From: the human T2T-CHM13v2.0 reference genome, Homo sapiens
Reading direction: 5' to 3' (one strand)
NCBI RefSeq assembly: GCF_009914755.1
Contig: NC_060936.1
DNA length: 64,000 nt
The translations under genes and the position numbers were made by a program. This document shows positions 60,049 through 64,000 of this stretch, in pieces. Under the pieces are notes generated by a model. That model had not been told where the DNA came from, ran no database searches, and saw nothing but the letters and a program-made list of their open reading frames with translations. Position 1 is the stretch's first letter. Each line of letters opens with the position of its first letter.

Positions 60049-60342
60049 GCCAAGCATGGTGGATCATGCCTGTAATCCCAGCACTTTGGGAGGCCAAGGC
60101 GGGCGGATCATGAGGTCTGGAGATCTAGGCAATCCTGGCTAACATGGGGAAACCCTATCTCTACTAAAAATACAAAAAATTAGCCAGTTGTGGTGGCACG
60201 AACCTGTAGTCCCAGCTATTCAGGAGGCTGAGGCAAGAGAATCGCTTGAACCCGAGAGGTGGAGGTTGCAGTGAGCTGAGATACGCCACTGCACTCCAGC
60301 CTGGGCAACAGAGCGAGACTCCATCTCAAAAAAAAAAAAAAA
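60049..60342 (+). mobile_element. AluSc/AluY-like SINE
   Basis: Full dimer; flanks aa(a/g)gaataaattg. Confidence 0.92.
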
Positions 60343-61814
60343 GGAATAAATTGGTAGAGTTAATGAATGGATGTAGAGAGATTAGTTAGAAAGCAATGGC
60401 AGTAGTCCAGGTCAGAGAAAACAGTTATTCTTGAACCTTGCTAATAATGGTGAAGATGGAGAGAAGAGGACTTATTCAAGGGCTGTTATTTAGGGGTCAC
60501 AATGAATAGGATTTGATGGTGAATTGGCTGTGGAGTATGAAGAGCAAGAAGATGTCATGGATGAGTTCTAGGGGTGACTGAATTAGGTAGGCAAATAGGC
60601 AATGCTATGTTTATGAAAAGGGACAAAGTATAGAATGAATGAGGATAAGGGTCAGTTTTTACGTTTGGTGGCAGAAATGTAAAGGGTCAGCCAATGATCA
60701 GCTGTGAGAAAAGAAGGGAGGGGAGGACTGGGCTTGTTCAGAGAGCAGGAAAAGTTTGAGACCAGTTGTACAGAGTGGAACAGTGAGAGAACTAAAGAAA
60801 TACAGGAGGATTGCTGAATGGTGCTGACAAATCTTTTGAAGTTGATCATCATGAATTTATAGTGAATATTTTACCTCGAAGAGTGACTTGCTCCAGCAGC
60901 ACTCAGCTGCTCTTTTCCACATATGAAGAGAACCAGTGATTAGGATCACACATGATTGGAATTTTGCCAGATGGGTATGATCAGTATAGTTTTTGACTTA
61001 TCATATTAAGTCAAAATATCAATAAAGATTGTGATAAAATCCAATTTTTCATCCCATTATAAGGACAGAGAATTTTCAATATTCACCTGCCCAGAGTTTC
61101 CTGAGAACATGGAAATTCATCTGAGAAGATGAGAGAGAGATGAGGGAAGCCAGCGTGACATTTGGACCCTTGGTCATAGGTCATAGGTCTCCAGAATTAC
61201 TCCTCTCCTCTCTAAGTATAATTTCTGTTGCCGCTGCAGTCATATATTACCATCTCTCTTTCATTTCCTTATCTTTCTATTTATTATTCTTTTTTTCCAA
61301 GTCCCTTGCTCTCTTATGTCCTTTTCCTTTGTGGGGATTGTATGAAAGATATAAGCATGATGTGGACACATTAAAATTGTGTAGGAACACCAGCAAATTT
61401 GGGACTGGAGAAACGGAATTGAGAAGAACTTAGTGTTTCAGCTTTTGTTTCAGCTTTTTGGACACATTATTTTACATACAATCCAGGCTTTAGTAACCAG
61501 TAGGATCTGTTGCAAAGAGAGAAAGTCCATACAATTTCAGCAACATGCCATCTGACGTTTGGAACCTTAGCCCAATTGCAAAGAAAGCAATTTTATTATT
61601 GGCATGTGCCTATTTCCTTTTCCCTTTTTTCTGTTAATACTTTATTTATGGATTCATTCAGTCATTCTGTTACTTATTCCACAAACATATATTAAGTAAC
61701 TACTATGCATCAGACACTGAGCACTAGTTCAGTATCCTCTATCAGCTCACACTTGGGGTCTTTTAACTCAAAAGGACTACCTCTCCCACAAAATTATACG
61801 TCCTTCTCTAATGA

Positions 61815-62503
61815 TATAACCACCCAAGGAGCTCACCTTGCCCACTGCCTAGACAGAGCCAATTCATCAAGACAGGGAAATTGCAATAGAGAAAGAGTAA
61901 TTCATGCAGAGCCAGCTGTGTGGGAGACTGGAGTTTTATTATTACTCACATCAGTCTCCCAGAGCATTCAGGGAGCAGAGTTTTTAAGGATAACTTGGTG
62001 GGTGGGGGGAAGCCAGTGAGCCAGAAGTGCTGATTGGTCAGGGATAAAATCATAGAGTCGAAGCTATCTTCTTGTGCTGAGTCAGTTCCTGGGTGGGGGC
62101 CACGAGATCAGATGAGCCAGTTTATTGATCTGGGTGATGCCAGCTGATCCATCAAGTGCAGGGTCTGCAAAATATCTCAAGCACTGATCTCAGGAGCAGT
62201 TTAGGGAGGGTAGGAATCTTGTAGCCTCCAGCTACATGACTCGTAAACCATAATTTCTAATCTTGTGGCTAATGTTCATCCTACAAAGACAATCTAGTCC
62301 CCAGGCAAGAAGGAGGTCTGCTTTGGGAAAGGGCTGTTACTGTCTTTGTGTAAAGTGTAAACTATAAACTAAGTTTATCCCAAAGTTATTTCAGCCTACA
62401 CCCAGGAATGAACAAGGACAGCTTGGAGGTTAGAAGCAAGATGGAGTCAGCTAAGTTAGATCTCTTTCACTGTCTCCGTCATAATTTTGCAAAGGTGGTT
62501 TCA
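61815..62503 (-). mobile_element. LTR8 (ERV1), 3' LTR of a truncated provirus
   Basis: Minus-strand start tgaaaccacctttgcaaaattatgac, preceded by a polypurine tract (atccctccctt on +). Confidence 0.88.
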
Positions 62504-63166
62504 ATCCCTCCCTTTAGGTTTTATAACACCTTAATCTTAAGGTGTAGATTATGAAGATAGGAAAAGGCTGTGGATCGCTCTGGCTTCTTCCTGCTGACAG
62601 GAGACATAGTGGGAATGGGAGTGAACCCCAGGGTGAGAAGAGTGGAACTGCTTTGCAACTGTCTGAGTGTACTCATGCAGGCCTGGTTGAGCTTCCAAGG
62701 CTTGCATGGCAGAAACATTAGTACTCTTATCTACAGTTTTACTACAGTGTTTAAGTGAACAGCCTACTGTAAGGTAAATAACGAGTCCTAGGATGAGTAG
62801 TACAATTTCCAATTTTAAAAGCAAAGATTTGAAAGCATTAGTTTGGGGACTTCTAATCCACAAAGAATTTAGAATTTAGCTTAAACTGCAGAAAAACACC
62901 TCAAAAACAGCTAACAACAGTGTACTATAGTTTTTCTTTTGAAGCATAATTTTTGTCTCTCTAGTCCCCATTTTTATTAAAAACAAATCATGGTAGAACT
63001 AATTTGTTTACAAAATAAACTTTAGTCTTCCTGTACTTGGCCTGATTATTTGCATGAAGTGCAGCAAGAGTAATTATTTTTCACTTAGACTAACAAAGCC
63101 TAAAAATAAAGCCTTCAAAAATTTGGCTTAGATAGGACTCTGTTCCATGAGGAATCTCAGGTAAGA
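62504..63166 (-). mobile_element. MER4-group/HUERS-type internal fragment next to LTR8
   Basis: Contiguous with the LTR through the PPT; MER4-int-like motifs (cttggcctgattatttgcat, ccatgaggaatctcag). Confidence 0.65.
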
Positions 63167-63276
63167 TTTTTTTTTGAGATGAAGTCTCGCTCTTATCACC
63201 CATGCTGGAGTGCAATGGCATAATCTTGGCTCACTGTAAATTCCGCCTCCCGGGTTCAAGCGATTCTCCCGCCTCA
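63167..63276 (-). mobile_element. Alu right-arm fragment
   Basis: T-tract then gagatgaagtctcgctc...gcgattctcccgcctca; stops abruptly. Confidence 0.88.
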
Positions 63277-63420
63277 CAACATGCAATGAAGTAAGTGCCA
63301 TTATTATCTCCATTTTAAAAATGAGAAACCTGAGGCATGAAGAGGTTATATAACATTCTCAGCAGGGAGATAACAGAGGCAGGACCCCACCAAGCAGTCT
63401 TTCTCCAAAGCTAGTGTACC
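63272..63420 (-). mobile_element. MIR fragment
   Basis: cctcacaac...attattatctccattttaaaaatgagaaacctgaggc. Confidence 0.75.
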
Positions 63421-64000
63421 TAATCATCACTCAAGCCGATACCTAAGGCTGGTGGTGAGAAGAGGTGCTGTATTTCTAACAGGCTCTATTATTGGTGAAA
63501 ATTTGCTTTCTGCTGTGAATTGACCTTTTCATTGTTGTGATCAGGTCTTGTGGCCATTAGGGTAAGGTTGTTCTGTTGGCATTGAGTTTTTTTTATACAA
63601 ACACAAAAAGAAAGTAAAAAGACTCTAATTTGAGGAAAGACCTCTTTATGGTCATTGGCTTGATAATAGTAAGAGTATAGGATCTATGAATTCCTGGACC
63701 TGTCCACCTGACTTGAGGGATGTTGAGAGCTACCCAAAGAAGCAGAAAGAGGAAGGATATACAGTTTGGGGACTCAAAGAGAGAGGAAAACATGGAGCTA
63801 GATAGTCCATTTATATAGTTATTGTAATATCTACTTTCTATTGAATCAAGGAATTAGAAGAAATGTTTGTAAAACTTTTATTATCACCATCCTGTTGGGA
63901 AGATTTAAACCAGTGAGTTAATTCTTAATTTATTCTGGAGAGGAGGAAAGAAAGTAGATGAAATAAATATTATGAAATTCCCAAGATGCCTAATTTTTCT

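Larger units (their letters stand above)
58893..60620 (-). mobile_element. L2, fragmented by MADE1, L1ME and Alu insertions
   Basis: aacaaatatttcttgagttcctactatggaccaggc...gagattagttagaaagcaatggcagtagtccagg. Confidence 0.7.

Noticed and set aside
62549-62863. Hydrophobic ORF as a retained env gene
   Set aside because: At most a short degraded TM-like remnant of the ERV internal region; no SU, furin or ISD motif seen

Overview
Primate (catarrhine, human-like) AT-rich non-coding genomic DNA dominated by interspersed repeats. No intact protein-coding gene, RNA gene or CRISPR array is supported; almost every ORF in the track comes from Alu, L1, LTR or microsatellite sequence. Contents include about 25 Alu/FLAM copies, several L1s (5'-truncated L1PA3/4-like with TSD, L1PA7-like, and an 11-kb L1M2/L1MA nest holding an L1MA, an L1PA8-like fragment and an LTR22), a near-complete THE1B, solo or partial LTRs (MLT2, THE1B, MER50, LTR22, MST, MER51B, LTR15-like, MER4E) and a truncated LTR8 provirus. 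Features the ORF track misses: an intronless, disabled TMEM230 processed pseudogene (minus strand, CDS remnant 57404-57719) whose 3'UTR was invaded by two antisense ERV1 LTRs; a rare 149-bp SVA2-type insertion with a 13-bp TSD; and a perfect 94-bp AT-rich palindrome. I found no convincing new biological system; the best lead is a possible LTR-driven antisense TMEM230-retrocopy transcript. All repeat and gene names come from recalled consensus sequences, not database searches.
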